The notes below the pieces were generated by a model. The model was given only the letters and a program-made list of their open reading frames with translations. It was not told the origin of the DNA and searched no databases. DNA of 64,000 nucleotides from the human T2T-CHM13v2.0 reference genome, Homo sapiens, in assembly GCF_009914755.1 (NCBI RefSeq), contig NC_060928.1; one strand, 5' to 3'. Shown in pieces: positions 26,151 to 41,059 of the stretch (positions are counted from its first letter, which is position 1; each line of letters begins with the position of its first letter). A program made the position numbers and the translations under genes.

Positions 26151-29019
26151 CTTCTCAAATCTCAAGGTTTCTCAAGAAACCTTGAGCATCCAAGTCATCT
26201 TCTGACATTAAATTAAACACCTAGATTCGGCTCCATATGTCTCAGGACAGTTGATCCCCTAATCTCGTGCATGTCTGTCACAGGTGTCTAACCTACCGTA
26301 GATGAATCTCACACATTGCAAAGACTAGGTTGAAGTTGATATTTTTTGGTTTTGTTTTCATTTTAAAATTCCAGCTCCTGCAGGATTGAAGTTGGTCTTT
26401 TGAAGTGGGTCCAGTATGACTTTGTGAGCTATTCTGTTCTTTTGTATATTATTAAATGAGTGAGTAAAAGTGGCAAAAAGTGAAAGATCATGATTTGACA
26501 GTATCACATGGTCCGGGTATCAAAATGCTAATTGCAGAAGGGAAGCATGATATGGTGCAATTTGAGTCCTCTACTCACTAGAGCTCCTTGGGGCAAGGCC
26601 AGTAATAGTCTTCTCCAAAGCATCTGGCCCTGCCCAGTCCTAGAGATGTGCAGTGAACATGTACTGACTGACTCATGTCCACTTTGCTTGTCACGTGCCT
26701 CTCTGTGCCATGTTAATTTTAACCTAGTTGCTGATAATTCAGTAATATTTTAAAAGCTGTATAGTATAATTGAGAGGATTATGTTAAATATTTTAATATT
26801 TTGATTTTAATCAAAATATTGCGGCCTTTAAAAGCTGTAAGACTTTGGGTGAATGAAAGTAAATAAGTAAATGGAAATTTTTGTAATATTAAATAATCAA
26901 AATATAAAAATTAATACAATTTTTAAATGTATTTTTTGTATTCACTGAAATTTATTGTGAGTTATCAGTGCTATTCATCTATTTTTTCACTTGATAAAGT
27001 GTAACAGGTGACTTTGATGTGTGATTCTTGGTGGCCTTTCTTCTCCCGGTGCTGGAAGACTATGTAACACTAGCTCAGTGAGATTTTTCTGGATTAAGTG
27101 GGTATGATTGCTCAAATGTCACCAGTACATCAATCCTTTACTCTTCCGTGTCATACAAAAAATATTCTGTGAAGCACAGACTCCATAATGAGTGGACGAT
27201 TTTCACTCTACATACTACATCCGTAATATTGCAGCCAACCAGAAACACCAAAGCTTATACTTATTTAGATGTATGCACATAAGAAAGTCAAAAGTTAGGG
27301 GGAAAGATCCACTGGGAAACTAGATATGGAGACTGTGTAGCATCTGACCTTGAGACAAGAAGACTGATGTGGGGCGCGGCACAAACTCCTGGGCTCATTT
27401 CTGAGGCTTTTCCAGGCATATGTCTGGGTGAGCATGGTCTCAGTTCGCCCCCACACATCTCAGAAGTTGGTGGTCTGGAAAACTTCCAAAAGGGTGTGGA
27501 CTGCAGTTTTTGAAGAAGCATAATTAGTCATGCCCATAAATCAGTAGGCGTGTGGGTGTGTGTGTTGGGGGTGGTGGGGGCCAGGCTGCATGAGTGTGCT
27601 CAGATAGCCCTGGCTGGCCCACAGTGGTGGCCTTCCTGAGAACTGAGTAGTGCCAAAGTCCTTTCTATCCAGAATTATCTCACCTATTTAGAGCCAAATT
27701 TATGCGTAAGGCAGACATCTGCATCTTTGAAAATACAATTTTGTGGATTTTGCCTTTAGGGTGGTTTTTGTTTGCTTGTTTTGTTTTGGGAATTCTAATT
27801 TTCTTACGAACTGTTTTCTCGTTTCCTTTAGAAAATCACTGAAATGACTAATGAGATGGGAAGATGAACAAGTATTATATTTTGAGTTCTTTCCTACACT
27901 GTCTCATTTTCTATAAACATACTAATGCATGCTTTTAAATTGTTAATAAATTGGAGTTTTGCTGCAAATTTAAAGAAAAAGAAACATTTCCTCATTTTGG
28001 TCTTTCTTTTTTTGCCCTTACACATGAAATTCTAGATCTCTGGAAGGGACTCAACAAAGCTTTCCTAAATTAATTGGCTCTGACGGTACCTTCTTAAGGA
28101 TTTCTGGTGTGGCTCTGACATATAAGCAACTCAGATAACTACAGAAAACTGTGTGTAAAAATCAGCCCACCAGTATTTGAAACAAGTATGCACTGTTCTT
28201 TCTGCGTACCTCCCGTCTGAAACCTTGCGCTAACAGCCGGATACAAGTACAATTTCTGGCTCCTCATTCAGTGAGGTTAGAATTGGACGTCCTCTAAGTA
28301 CCTCATTTCATGTGGTTCATGATAGCAGAGTGCTGCAACAAGGTTTACAGGACGACGGAAGCCAGTAATCCGTTTATAACTGTACTCCCATGACAATTAA
28401 CAGACCAGTGGAAATTTGAGAACCACATTTACCTGGAGGGGTCAAATGTAAATGTCCAGATTGTTTCCAAGCTCTGACTTTTCTTTTTTTTCTCTCATTA
28501 TACTATGTCTTACTAAATAACATTTTTTATTGAAAAAAATTAAGGGCAATTTATGATCAGTGAAATAACCCTGGCATAATTCACGTTTTGCCCACACAAA
28601 GAAACACATTGAAAATGGGGGCAAGGGGCATTTGAGGATCCTGAAAGTTCATGTTATATTGAAGAAAAAAATTATTTTCATGTCTCTTACGCTTTGAAAT
28701 TATACTCTGCTTCATATCCCTGATATTGGTATAGGTCCAAAAGGAAATATAAAATTACTTGTCTATTTATTGAGTACCTACTGTGTGCTAGGCCCTATCC
28801 TAAAATCCAGATATCCTGGTTAACCATTTTAGCCCTGTGTTACAAAATTCCAGTTGATTTCTGTTCAGAGCAGTGACAGGATTTTAAAAATGTATGCTTT
28901 GAAATTATTTTATAAAAATTTTCATTTTGTGATTAGAGTATTATTAAACTTGGGTGATAAAGATTTCAGCTTTACTGAAATGTCATTTGTATAAGAAGAG
29001 CTTGCATTTTGGGGCATTC

Positions 29020-29493
29020 ATTTACGTAAAGATTGAGTCCAAATTTTTCAGGGTAGCATTCAAAGCTCTCTTTAATATGAATCCATCTTTATTTCTTGTC
29101 TACTGCCAACTCATCCTTTGAGCTATTCAGAGGTTCTCCTTGACCCCTGGAATCTGTGTGCCTCCCACTCTTTGCCTTTTCTCCGGCTCTCTCCTCTGCT
29201 TAGAATGTCCTTTTTTGCCATTTCCAGTCAATCACACACCCATGATTACCAGACAGTCTCAGATGCCGCCTCCCTTAGAGTGTCAGGCAGATCATCCGTC
29301 CCATTGCTAATTCTTCTCCCTTCTCCTTACGTACATGTTACATCTCCCTTGCTAAACTTAGTGCGGTTAGTTTTATCTAGAATTTTTTTTTGATTCTTTT
29401 AGGATGGTTAGAGCCTAGGTATTAGGAGCACTGCCTACTGGTTTACCATTACATCATATGTACTAATAAATACTTAACAATTTTTGTTGAAAT
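29020..29493 (+). mobile_element. L2 LINE fragment
   Basis: Pyrimidine-rich L2-like body (CCTCTGCTTAGAATGTCCTT, CTCAGATGCCGCCTCC) ending in a TTTGTTGAA tail; approximate. Confidence 0.5.
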
Positions 29494-29778
29494 CACCATG
29501 GACTCCCAGCCTTCCATGCTCAATTTCACCCTGAATACTCTTAGCATGTATCAGGGACTCTGCTATCAGCCAGAGATCTAAAGCCCTTTTTACTGGGATT
29601 TCCTTTCAGTGTTGTACGTGAAATAACTGTGTTGTCTTCAACTAAATCGTAACTGCATTTTAGATCACAGATTATCGCTGATCTACTTTTGCATCCCCAG
29701 TTGGTTACTGTTTTAATTTTATAATTGTATGAGCCAATACATCATTCTGTTATTTATTACATAATTACCGTTTTAGAG

Positions 29779-30119
29779 CAAGATGCAGCAAAGTATGGTC
29801 CCCAGGTCAAATCAGCCCTGCCACCTATTTTTTTTGTATGGCCTGCATGCTAAGAATGATTTTTACACTTTTAAATAGAGGGGAAGAAGCTCCGAGAATA
29901 ATATTTCATGATACGGGAAAATTATATGAAATTCAAATTGGCATCCACAAAGAGTCTGATTGGAACACCGTTGCACCCATTTTTTTTACATCTTGTCTGT
30001 GGCTGCTTTCATGCCAGAGACACGACAACATACATACGTAGCAGAGTTTAATAGTTTCTACCGAGGGTCCACAAAGCGTAGTTACTATCTGGCTCTTTAC
30101 ATAAAGTCTTTCAACCATG
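29779..30119 (+). mobile_element. MER58B hAT-Charlie MITE
   Basis: GCTAAGAATGATTTTTACA..GAAAATTATATGAAATTCAAATT..TTGGAACAC..TACTATCTGGCTCTTTACA; 8-bp hAT target-site duplication TTTTAGAG / TTGTAGAG. Confidence 0.9.
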
Positions 30120-30139
30120 TTGTAGAGTACTTAAAACTT

Positions 30140-30252
30140 ATTTTCTTAGATTGTAAACTCTTTGAAGACAAGGAAGGACTATCTTTGTATCTCCCATTGC
30201 CCTTTCAAATTTATGGCTCTCTGGCACTTTTCAGTATTTGTTTATTGACTGG
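30140..30252 (+). mobile_element. L2 3' end fragment
   Basis: TAGATTGTAAACTCTTTGAAGACAAGGA..ATCTTTGTATCTCC..CTGGCAC..TATTTG. Confidence 0.65.
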
Positions 30253-32841
30253 TTTTTGATGTATTCGCTGGAAGTCAGGTTTGACCACTGTGGAAGATCA
30301 GGCAGGACTACTGAAATTTGTGCCTTTCATTAACTGGCATACAGTGAACGTCAACAGAGAATCAAATACTTTTTGGCTTACAACATGTTGATTATTCTTG
30401 GGATAGTTTGGCTAGCTTTCTGGTATGTCATTCTTTCATGTTTTACAGAAAATACTAATTCTCACTTTGCAGTGTGGTTTCCATTTATTCCCTAGGGTGT
30501 TTATGCATTAGTTTTGATTAATGGAATGTTTTCTCCTTTCCCAAGATAAGTGTGGGGGATGCAACCAATCTAAATTGCATCTGGTGTGTATGTAGGGGTT
30601 GAACAACTGCTTTGTGAGTTAAGCACAGTTAAGTCCATGGATTTGGTAAAAAATAAGTAAATAAATAAAAAGGCACTGGATCTTTCTTCTGCATGCCAGC
30701 CACAAAGCTTTCCTAAACTTCTGTCTGTGGCTAGAAAAATAAAGACTGGATGAGAATTCCTGTGAAATCTTGTTCTGTGTAGGCATATGTGCTGAACCAG
30801 CAATTACTCACCTAATCTTCCTATCATGATGGTGTTTTGTGTGCCTGCTGAACCTAGCAATAAGCTTTCCAGTATTTCTTTCATCATGAAGTTAAGGTAA
30901 GCATTGTGTATTCCCATGAGTGTATTATTTGGCATGAAGTATACACCATCACAGGTTTGGAATTTGAGGAACCTAGGAGGATGCTGTTGTAGAAAAGTAT
31001 GTTTCATTGATAAACAAGGTTCTGAAAAATGAATGGGGAGAATATGTCACGAGTATAAAAATGTGTGTAACATTCATTAAATTGTTTGTTAAATAATGTA
31101 TTCAGACTGACTGTGTTTCCCAGCCTCTCCTTTGCCCGTTATATGTTCTAGTAAATTAAAGCTCGGAAACCTTTGTCAGAGTTATAATACTCAAACTGAC
31201 ATCTAATTCCCCCGGACAATAGGTACAAGACTGCGAGCCTCTCTAATTCTTTCCAGTCTTTACATTTATTGGTTCTTTTGTAGACCTGTTTCATTCAATC
31301 TATTACAAACAGCACTGGTTAAAAGTGTGAAGTTTACCACATTTGACCGGAGGCACATTAAAAAACAATAGCGTCCTGGCGTACATTCCATGCGTCCCAG
31401 GGGTATAGCTCTTCATCTGAGCAGCATTTTCATCTATAATTACTACATTAGATTTGAAGTGCTGGCTTGATTAAAAAGATTGACATGTTTATTTTTTGGC
31501 TGACCTATTTGGGTAGATGTGGATTTGATTCATCTGTTTTGTGTGACCCTGTGTTACAAAGATGTTATTAGTTGAGCAAGAATCATGTTTTATTTTGGAG
31601 TCACCATTTTAGCATAGATTTGAAATGCTTTTATTATAGTTACATAAGAAATGGTAAAAGTTGAAATTTTTTAAAAAAGAAATTATGTGTGCACTCACCC
31701 AGGTATCATAAATAGAAATGTATTTCAGAATGGTTTTCAGAGTTCAGTATTATTGAGATTGTTATTGAAACGTTTATAAATACTGCATCAAATGGCGTCC
31801 ACAACTTCATGGCCTACGTTAAAAAGCTTTCACCAGAATTAACATAATCTATTTTTTATTGTGCACCATTGCTCAGGATTATGCCTTTTCTACACATCTG
31901 ATGTTGTAAAACATATTGTGTAAATAATTGATAATAAACAAACAAATTCTACTTTTGCCCTGGTGTACTTCACCAGTTTCAAGACTTTGAAGTTCCTTAA
32001 ATAATTTATGGCACTTATTAGTGCAGGCAAATCAAATGGTATCCTTGATCCGAGCTGCTTTTTGTCCTCGTTGTTTCTGAGCAGAATTGTTAAGTGAGCC
32101 TTCTGATTGGGACGAAGCTGAGTACCGCTGAAAATCACTGTGGCATTCATGCTGATGTGTACTGATGCACGCGTGTTGCCAAACCTTCGGTATTTACACT
32201 AATGGAATTCGCAGGGTTACCGGAATATATTCTGAAACTAGGAATTGATGTATCTTTTGAGAAAGAGAAAAACATCTTTTCACCAGCACGCTTTTAGTTT
32301 ACCTATAGCTTCTTCCACGACGCTTCTTAAGATGAGGATTTCGCCTCAATATGCACTCCTTGGCTAAGATACAAGCCTGCTGAAAAACATGAACCAAAAT
32401 ATCAAAAGACAGATTATGTGATCTTTTTTTAACTCATAAAAGCTTAGGCAGCATGCCAGCCAGCCAGACTAAATACTCTGCAATGGTACAATAGTCTTCC
32501 TTGGGTGTGGAAAATGTAACCCTGTGATGGGAGACAAGTGAAGTTTGAGAAGTTATGAAAGATTTATGACAAACATTTTTTTCTCCTCACGGTCTTCCGT
32601 GTTATTTATAATTACATGAATCTTAACCAGAGGTTTTATTGATTTCATAATGAATTCAAATAAAGATTGCAGCTCCTCAGCGACCTTTAAAGGTTAGACT
32701 GGCTATGCATGTTTTTTTCCAAAAGTTTTTGTCGTGATAGAATTTATTTTTTACCATGGAAGTATTCAGACATAGTAGGGTCACTTCAGACTGTAATTAT
32801 CACTGCAAGGCTTATGAAATAAGTGACCAACACAGTCTCTA

Positions 32842-32842
<1 letters not shown>

Positions 32843-32877
<35 letters not shown>
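32843..32877. repeat. (CA)17 microsatellite
   Basis: Read directly. Confidence 0.98.
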
Positions 32878-32879
<2 letters not shown>

Positions 32880-33179
32880 ATATATTCAGAGGACTTCTTT
32901 ATAATAGTTCTATTCAAGCAAGCCATGTAGGAGAAATGTTGTCACTTTTGTGAGGGCATATAACATGAGCAACCTATAATGGATCCCTTTTTTTGGTGTT
33001 TGCCATCTCTTAGAGAGATTTGATTTGCAAAGGAAGCCCCCAAAACGTGCCTGTTATCCACACGACCCTGTATGTCTAGGGCAGGCCTTGATGGCTGATC
33101 AACCTGTCTTGAAGTGAATGAGGGAGAATATTTTAACGTGGAATGCCACCTTAAAGCATGACTTTAAAAAATATCTTGA

Positions 33180-33466
33180 GGCTGGGCCTGTAATCCGAGC
33201 ACTTTGGGAGGCCAAAGTGGGAGGATCTCTTGAGCTCAGGAGTTCAAGCCCAGCCTAGGCAACATAGCAAGAGCTCGCCTCTACAAAAAATAGAAAAAAT
33301 TAGCTGAGCATGGTGGTGCACGCCTGTGGTCCCAGCTGCTCTGGAGCCTGAGGTGGGACGATCCTTTGAGCTGGGGAGGTCAAGGCTGCAGTGGGCTGTG
33401 GTCACACCACTGCACTCCAGTGTGGGTGACAGAGCAAGACTCTGTCTCTTAAAAAATATAAAAAAA
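33180..33466 (+). mobile_element. Alu (AluJ-like), short deletion near the 5' end
   Basis: GGCTGGGCCTGTAATCC..GGAGGTCAAGGCTGCAGTG; A-rich tail. Confidence 0.95.
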
Positions 33467-35115
33467 CCTTGAAATAATAGTATAAATACAACTTCGCTAC
33501 ACTCAGTATTAATTACTAGTCATAACCCTAAATTAATTTGTCAATATGCCATGTAAAGACATTTAAAAAGAAATTCAAATGCCAAAAAATAAAAGATTTG
33601 TACTCGTTATAAACATTAACTCACTTAACTTCAAACACTAATTATTACTATTTATGAAGGAAATCATGGTCTCCATTATATTCTCAGAAAAAAAAATTCT
33701 CTAACCTTGAAAATCTATCCGAGGCTCTGGCTAGACCTCAACTCCTGCAAGCAGCTTGTAGGTTTGAAATCAATAACCCTTCTGGCAACTTCTTTTCAGG
33801 GCCAAGATTAACTGCCCTAGAAAGAGAACTTATCTTGGATTGAGCTTCAGAAAGGAGCTAACAGTCCTCTTTGGGCTGTTTTTCCCTAGTGTCTCACTGC
33901 TTGGAGTCTCCTAAGCATTCTCCCTGCAGGACACCAGGAGAAAAGAGTGTTTTCATCCCCACGCCATCCCCCGTGCGGAGTGAATGTACCTGGGCTGTGG
34001 TAGACAGCACACCTGCCTACCATTTCCCCGGAGTCTCTTCCGCTTGAAGATCCAAACCAGTGGACATGCTTTTTGGACCGAGTTGCTAAAGATCATCTGT
34101 TTCCTAGATGTAACATTCAGATGGTTCAGGAAGATGTGTAGCGTGTCTAGATTCCGGACAGATTGGAAGTGTAGCATCCAGAAAGTCAGTGTGGGATTAC
34201 CAATTCAGAAGGTTGGTAATTCACCATAGCCACGCCTCATCTGAGAGGCAGGAAGTGAGCCAAGTAGGAAGGGTAAGCCTCTTCTCAAGGGTCAAGGCAA
34301 GCAAGTTCTGGGTGGCAGGAGGTAAGCCTGGCCCTGGACACCAGGCGCCTCACCTTCCCCATCTTGTTTTCACCGTCATTGCCCTCTCTGGCTGGAAAGT
34401 CTCATTTGAGCTTAAGCCCTCGGGTGTAGTAATGTAACTAGGGCTGATTGTGGAGAGGACCTGTGCCCTGGTTCTGCTGAAGATTCTAGAAGCTCCTTTA
34501 ACCTTATACTGTGACTTTAAGAAAAGTTGTGATCATTAAAGTTTTTCTTTTTCTTCTTTGTAACATTTTCTACACATTTGAAAGGAACATACCCTGATGT
34601 TTTTAAAACAGTCATACCTTGTCAGTTTCACATCTCCGTACCAAAACCCAAAACCTAAAGAGCATGGCTTCTTTTGACTAGAATTCCTGCACTGGTCCTT
34701 CTTGTTTCCTTTCTCTCGTCCTCAAATGTGATGCATCATTTCCGGTCATCTTCTCGGATGCCAAGGAGCTCAGGACCTGACTCCTTGAAGTTGTCTTTCT
34801 CCTTCTCTGCCATTGTTCACGTTTCCCATCCTCGGAGTTGCTGTTGCATTTCATGTCAGCATGTTACAGTTTCACAATTTAAACTCCTTCTAAAAGTTCT
34901 CTGGTTCTACTGATGACATTATTTGTTAATCTATTTCCTATACAAATAATAAGCTGTGTTTCTATTATTTTTGTTGTCTACAAGCTTTTTAACCAGTTAC
35001 ACTGCAGCGGGCGTTCAGTGTTTAACATTGGTTAGCCTGATTTTCCTAAGTGAATTGTTTGCATCTACACTCAAAGCTTGGGGTTAATACCCTTGCTATT
35101 TAGTATCTTCTATAG

Positions 35116-35309
35116 CAGTAGGTTGAAAACTATGCCACGATAACCCTGCCTAGCCATGGAGGGATGTGAGATAGGGAATAGCCAGTTGTGTTTGGGGGCT
35201 CCACTCCCAATTTAACAAAAGAAGTTCAGGGGTTTTTTTTCCTCTCTAGGAGTTCATTTCACCATCAGAGGATATTATTCAGAGGATAAAAAAAGTTTCC
35301 AAACCACTG
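35116..35309 (-). mobile_element. hAT-Charlie MITE (MER112-like)
   Basis: Terminal inverted repeats CAGTAGGTTGAAAACT / AGTTTCCAAACCACTG; preceded by TTCTATAG, a Charlie-type target. Confidence 0.55.
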
Positions 35310-35635
35310 CTTTAATTACTTAATAAATACTCAAAAAATAATTATCCCACCGTGGTATTGCATAGGGAAATAATAAGTTGCAGCTCAACAATACAAAAAG
35401 AAAAAAAATGTGTAAAGGGCCCTAAATAGGTACTGTGGTAAGAGCAAAGTGTCTTTTGCATATAAATGGTTTAAATAGTGACAATAACTTTAGTTTTGTC
35501 AGATTTAGAGCAGCTACCTAGTTGCATATAATCTGGAGTGCCCTTTCAGTAAAGTTTCACAGCTTCTCAGAAATGCGGTGCTGGTTTGTCAACCCTGTTC
35601 TCCCACTCAGCAAAGAGATAAAGATCTGGTGGGAA

Positions 35636-35956
35636 GGGCTCAGTGGCTCACGCCTGTAATCCCAGCACTTCGGGAGGCCGAGGCGGTCGGATCACCTGAG
35701 GTCAGGAGTTTGAGACCAGGCTCGCCAACATGGTGAACCTGCGTCTCTACTAAAAATACATAACTTAGCTGGATGTGGTGGCACGTGCTTGTAATCCCAG
35801 CTACTCAGGAGGCTGACACAGGAGAATCGCTTGAACCTGGGAGGCGGAGCTTGCAGTGAGCCAAGATCACACCACTGTACTCCAGCCTGGGCGACAGAGT
35901 GAGACTCCATCTCAAAAAAAATAAATAAAAAATAAATAAAATTTAAAAAAATAAAA
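35636..35956 (+). mobile_element. Alu (AluS)
   Basis: Dimeric Alu; target-site duplication AAAGA(TC/AT)TGGTGGGAAG. Confidence 0.97.
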
Positions 35957-36851
35957 GAATTGGTGGGAAGGCCTAGAATAGGCTTCTGACCCTGGGCCGT
36001 TTACTCTGGGCAACAATATCTTCCCTACACATTCTGCAGATTAGAGGTTCATTTGCACGAATAAACTCTCCTTCCAAAGGGAATTCCTGTAGAGATGGCT
36101 TCGTTTATCAGCCATTTACACCTTAGGTTGTATTACTTTAATCAAGTAATCAGATTACTTTTACTGAGGGCAGGGACCTTTTGATTGATTGGGAATAAGG
36201 TGCAGCACTTTGTGAACTCAAGGCGGTGAGAAAGAGGTGTGCCTCAGTCGGTTGTCAGAGCGACACTCACATCAGGATTGGCTTTGGGATTCAGCCAACC
36301 CTTCCAGGTATTGGGGTGAACTGTGCAGCTTGCTGCGGATAGCCCGCTACTTTGGTGAGAAGAGGAAGGACAAATATCATAACACCTAAATTACAAATGG
36401 CCCTGGGATGTGGAGCAGTTGGAATGAAGCTGACAGGAAAAGTCAGCGGCAATGGAAATAGGTGCAGGCGACCATTTCCTGACGAGCAGGTGTCAGGTAG
36501 TGCGGAGTGGATGCGGACTGTTTTCAGCTCCTGGCTCAGGCCTGGGCTGCAGAGAGACTGAAGACCCGATGATGAAGGACAGAGCAGAGGGAAGCAAAGG
36601 AATGACAAATATCATTTGAGACAGGTGTAAAACCATGGTCTGAGACATTTTGTAAAGACACAAGTGGAAATGAGGAAGGAGCTAGATGGAAAAGAGGATT
36701 GGGAGGCCTTCCCATAGAAGAAGACAAAGTCAAATTATAACTGAAAAAAGTTCTTAACACATGAAAGAAGAAGTAGGCCCTTGCCTACTTCTGCCTCATT
36801 TTGCAAACCAGATGAAAGTGTATGTTAGTAAACTTTGAACAACAAATTTCA

Positions 36852-37252
<401 letters not shown>

Positions 37253-37529
37253 CATTGCCTATTGCCCATTTCATTATTCAGTATCTTAGGAGCAAAAATC
37301 ATTGGTGGTTAGCGAGGAAGATTAAACTCGCCCAGATACAATTTTAAAGAGTTGAAAATCGACCCATGAAAAAGTGTGTTTTTGTATCTCTGCTTGTGTT
37401 GTTAGAAAAAAATAATAGCTCAGCATTCAGGTTTTCTACAGGTGTGAAAATCCAGGTGCAAGTTTTAAATCACTTGACGTGGTACTATAGATACATGTAA
37501 CCATAGATGGCTTTGTGGAACATCATTGC

Positions 37530-37833
37530 TTTTTTTTTTTTTTTTTTTTTTTGAGACAGGATCTTGCTCTGTCGCCTAGGCTGGAGTGCAGTGGCGCAAT
37601 CACAGCTCACTGCAGCCTTGACCTCCCTGGACTCATATGATTTCTCCCACCTCAGCCTCCCGAGTAGTGGAACTTTAGGCTCAGGCCACCACACCTGGCT
37701 AGTATTTGTACTTTTTGTAGAGACAGGGTTTCGCCATGTTGCCCAGGCTGGACTCTAACTCCTAGGTTCAAGTGATCTGCCTGCCTGGGTCTCCCAAAGT
37801 GCTGGGATTAGGCATGAGCCACTGTGCCCAGCC
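37530..37833 (-). mobile_element. Alu (AluJ-like)
   Basis: T tail, then GAGACAGGATCTTGCTCTG..CACAGCTCACTGCAGCCTTGACC. Confidence 0.96.
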
Positions 37834-38629
37834 GCATATTTTAAGGTATACATTGCTTGGGTTTTATCAGGATATAATTAGTCATTTAGTTTATGGAAAA
37901 ATTTATATTAAACAGACAGTGGTCTCAAAGGAAGGCTCTAAAAGGTCTAGAAATGATACATAGGGGGCGGAACAACATGGGAAAATATCCGTGTTTCTTG
38001 CATAATCATAGAAAAAGAATCAGTCTAAATGGGCCAGTTCTCTTTTACTAGAAATAATGGTGCCAAAATAAAAACTTAGGTGTTAGAAATAGTATTATTG
38101 AACCCAAATCATCTTTAAAACTTATTCCACTGACTCAGAATCAAACACTGAGAATAAAGGGTTTAAGGTAAAAGAAAATATATCCAATTCACACTTCAGG
38201 AAAATGAAAATACCACAGACCAAGAGAACATTCTTATTGAGCTTTTTTTCAGTGCTCTCAATTTAACCAGCTGGAATTATTTTTAAAGTACATCCAATTC
38301 AACCTTTTAAAATGACAGATTTGCCTTTTAATGGGAAATATGTATTTCATCATAAAGACGGAGCACAGTGTCCTTGGCTAAGTTATTCTCTACAGAAGGA
38401 TGCTCTTTTTTTGTACTCTGTGCTTAGCCTATAAGAAAGAACACAGATTATAGAAAATTAGCTCCTGGCATGGAAGATTAGAAGCATATAGACAGACTGA
38501 TAGAGAACAATTAAAAATGCAAACTGTTCCTTTCAGTATCCTGAATTCATAGGGTGATGTCAATTGCTATGAAATGAGCCGTTCATACAAACAGAACCAG
38601 CCAAGGGGAAGAATAACTTTAGAAACTAG

Positions 38630-38995
<366 letters not shown>

Positions 38996-39861
38996 TAGAA
39001 AAAGTCAATCACAAGCTCTGTTATTTGGGGACTTTTTGGTGTCTCACTCAAGGAACCTCTTAAATCTGTATTCATTTTAATGTTTTTTTCTTTTTTTGTC
39101 GGGGACAGTCAAAATCATCTCCAATTTCTAAGGAGAAACAAACAATTCACTGATAACAGTGGAGCTGAATTAAGCAATCTCAGTGTTTAAGTTAGTAAAA
39201 CAGACACATTTTCGATTAAGATGAACAGTTTCGAGACATAGGCCTGACTGATGCTGTGTGACAGGACAGGATCTGTGAGCTGTGAGTGGAGGGTAAACAT
39301 TCCAGGACTGTGCAGGTGGGAGAGGGTGAGGTCAACCAGAGATGCTCATTCAGAATCAGACCTTGGGGCAGGAGTTGCGAGCAGATGCTAAGGGAAGGAT
39401 CCAAGAAGATCCAGGGGTGGGGGCAGCGGCTGGCCAGCAGGAGCAGCGGAAGGGGGTCTGAAGTTATTCCCATGGCAGGGTGGGGGGTCTGGAAAGGCAA
39501 GCAGAGCTACTGGAAGCCCCCCTTAGGTTAGAAACAAAATACACATAGCATTCGTCTCATCATGGGGCTCTTGAAGTCAGATATACTTCAGAACCCACTG
39601 CCTCTGAAGAACAAAACAAGGATTTTGGTTTGTCAATGGTAGGCATACTTGTCTTATTAATTCTAGTACTGAAATTTCTGGAAAATGTTAAAGAGTCTTT
39701 TAGGAAATAGAAAAATAACTATGCATTTTCAGGTATTTTGGTAGAAACACCACCCCAGCATGCTTTATCTACACAGTCTCCAAAGTTCTTTATGTAATCA
39801 TAGTAACAAATTGGACAACCACTTCCAATATGTAAACAAAAACCCTTGGTATGTGTGAAGC

Positions 39862-39970
39862 ACATTCATTCATTCAACAAAGGAAACAAGCGTCTGGGCC
39901 TGTCCCTGTGCCAATGGGATTGGTTAAAAGCAAAATCAGACCAGGAGCCTGTTCCAGTTGACTGGAAAGC
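39862..39970 (-). mobile_element. L2 3' end fragment
   Basis: CATTCATTCATTCAACAAA..CCTGTGCCA is the reverse L2 tail. Confidence 0.5.
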
Positions 39971-40109
39971 CTGAGAGTTTTATAGCTCTGTTTAACTGGA
40001 ACGTGGGCTTGTGAGTGGGGAAAGAGAGAACTAAAATTCTAAAACGGATTGGAAGTTCCTGAAGTTCCTGGTGAACTTTGAATGCACAACTAAGATGTGT
40101 GCACTGCAC

Positions 40110-40413
<304 letters not shown>

Positions 40414-40657
40414 TGAACTGCACTTTTTAATCCCAGGTCCAATTCCACTGCTTCGCTTACAATCTGGGACTCTGCCTCGGAGTGAGGCACAGGGGATCTT
40501 GCTGCTGGGTTTGCAGGGCCAGACACAGAATGTGGCAGAGAGAGAGAGAGTGCCCATGACTAAACCTAATCCACAGCTGGGCAGGCAGAGGGGAAGTGCA
40601 GGCGGCTCATCCAGAGAACCTGTGCCTGTAAGGGCAGGGCAACATTGTGAAAGATCA

Positions 40658-41059
<402 letters not shown>

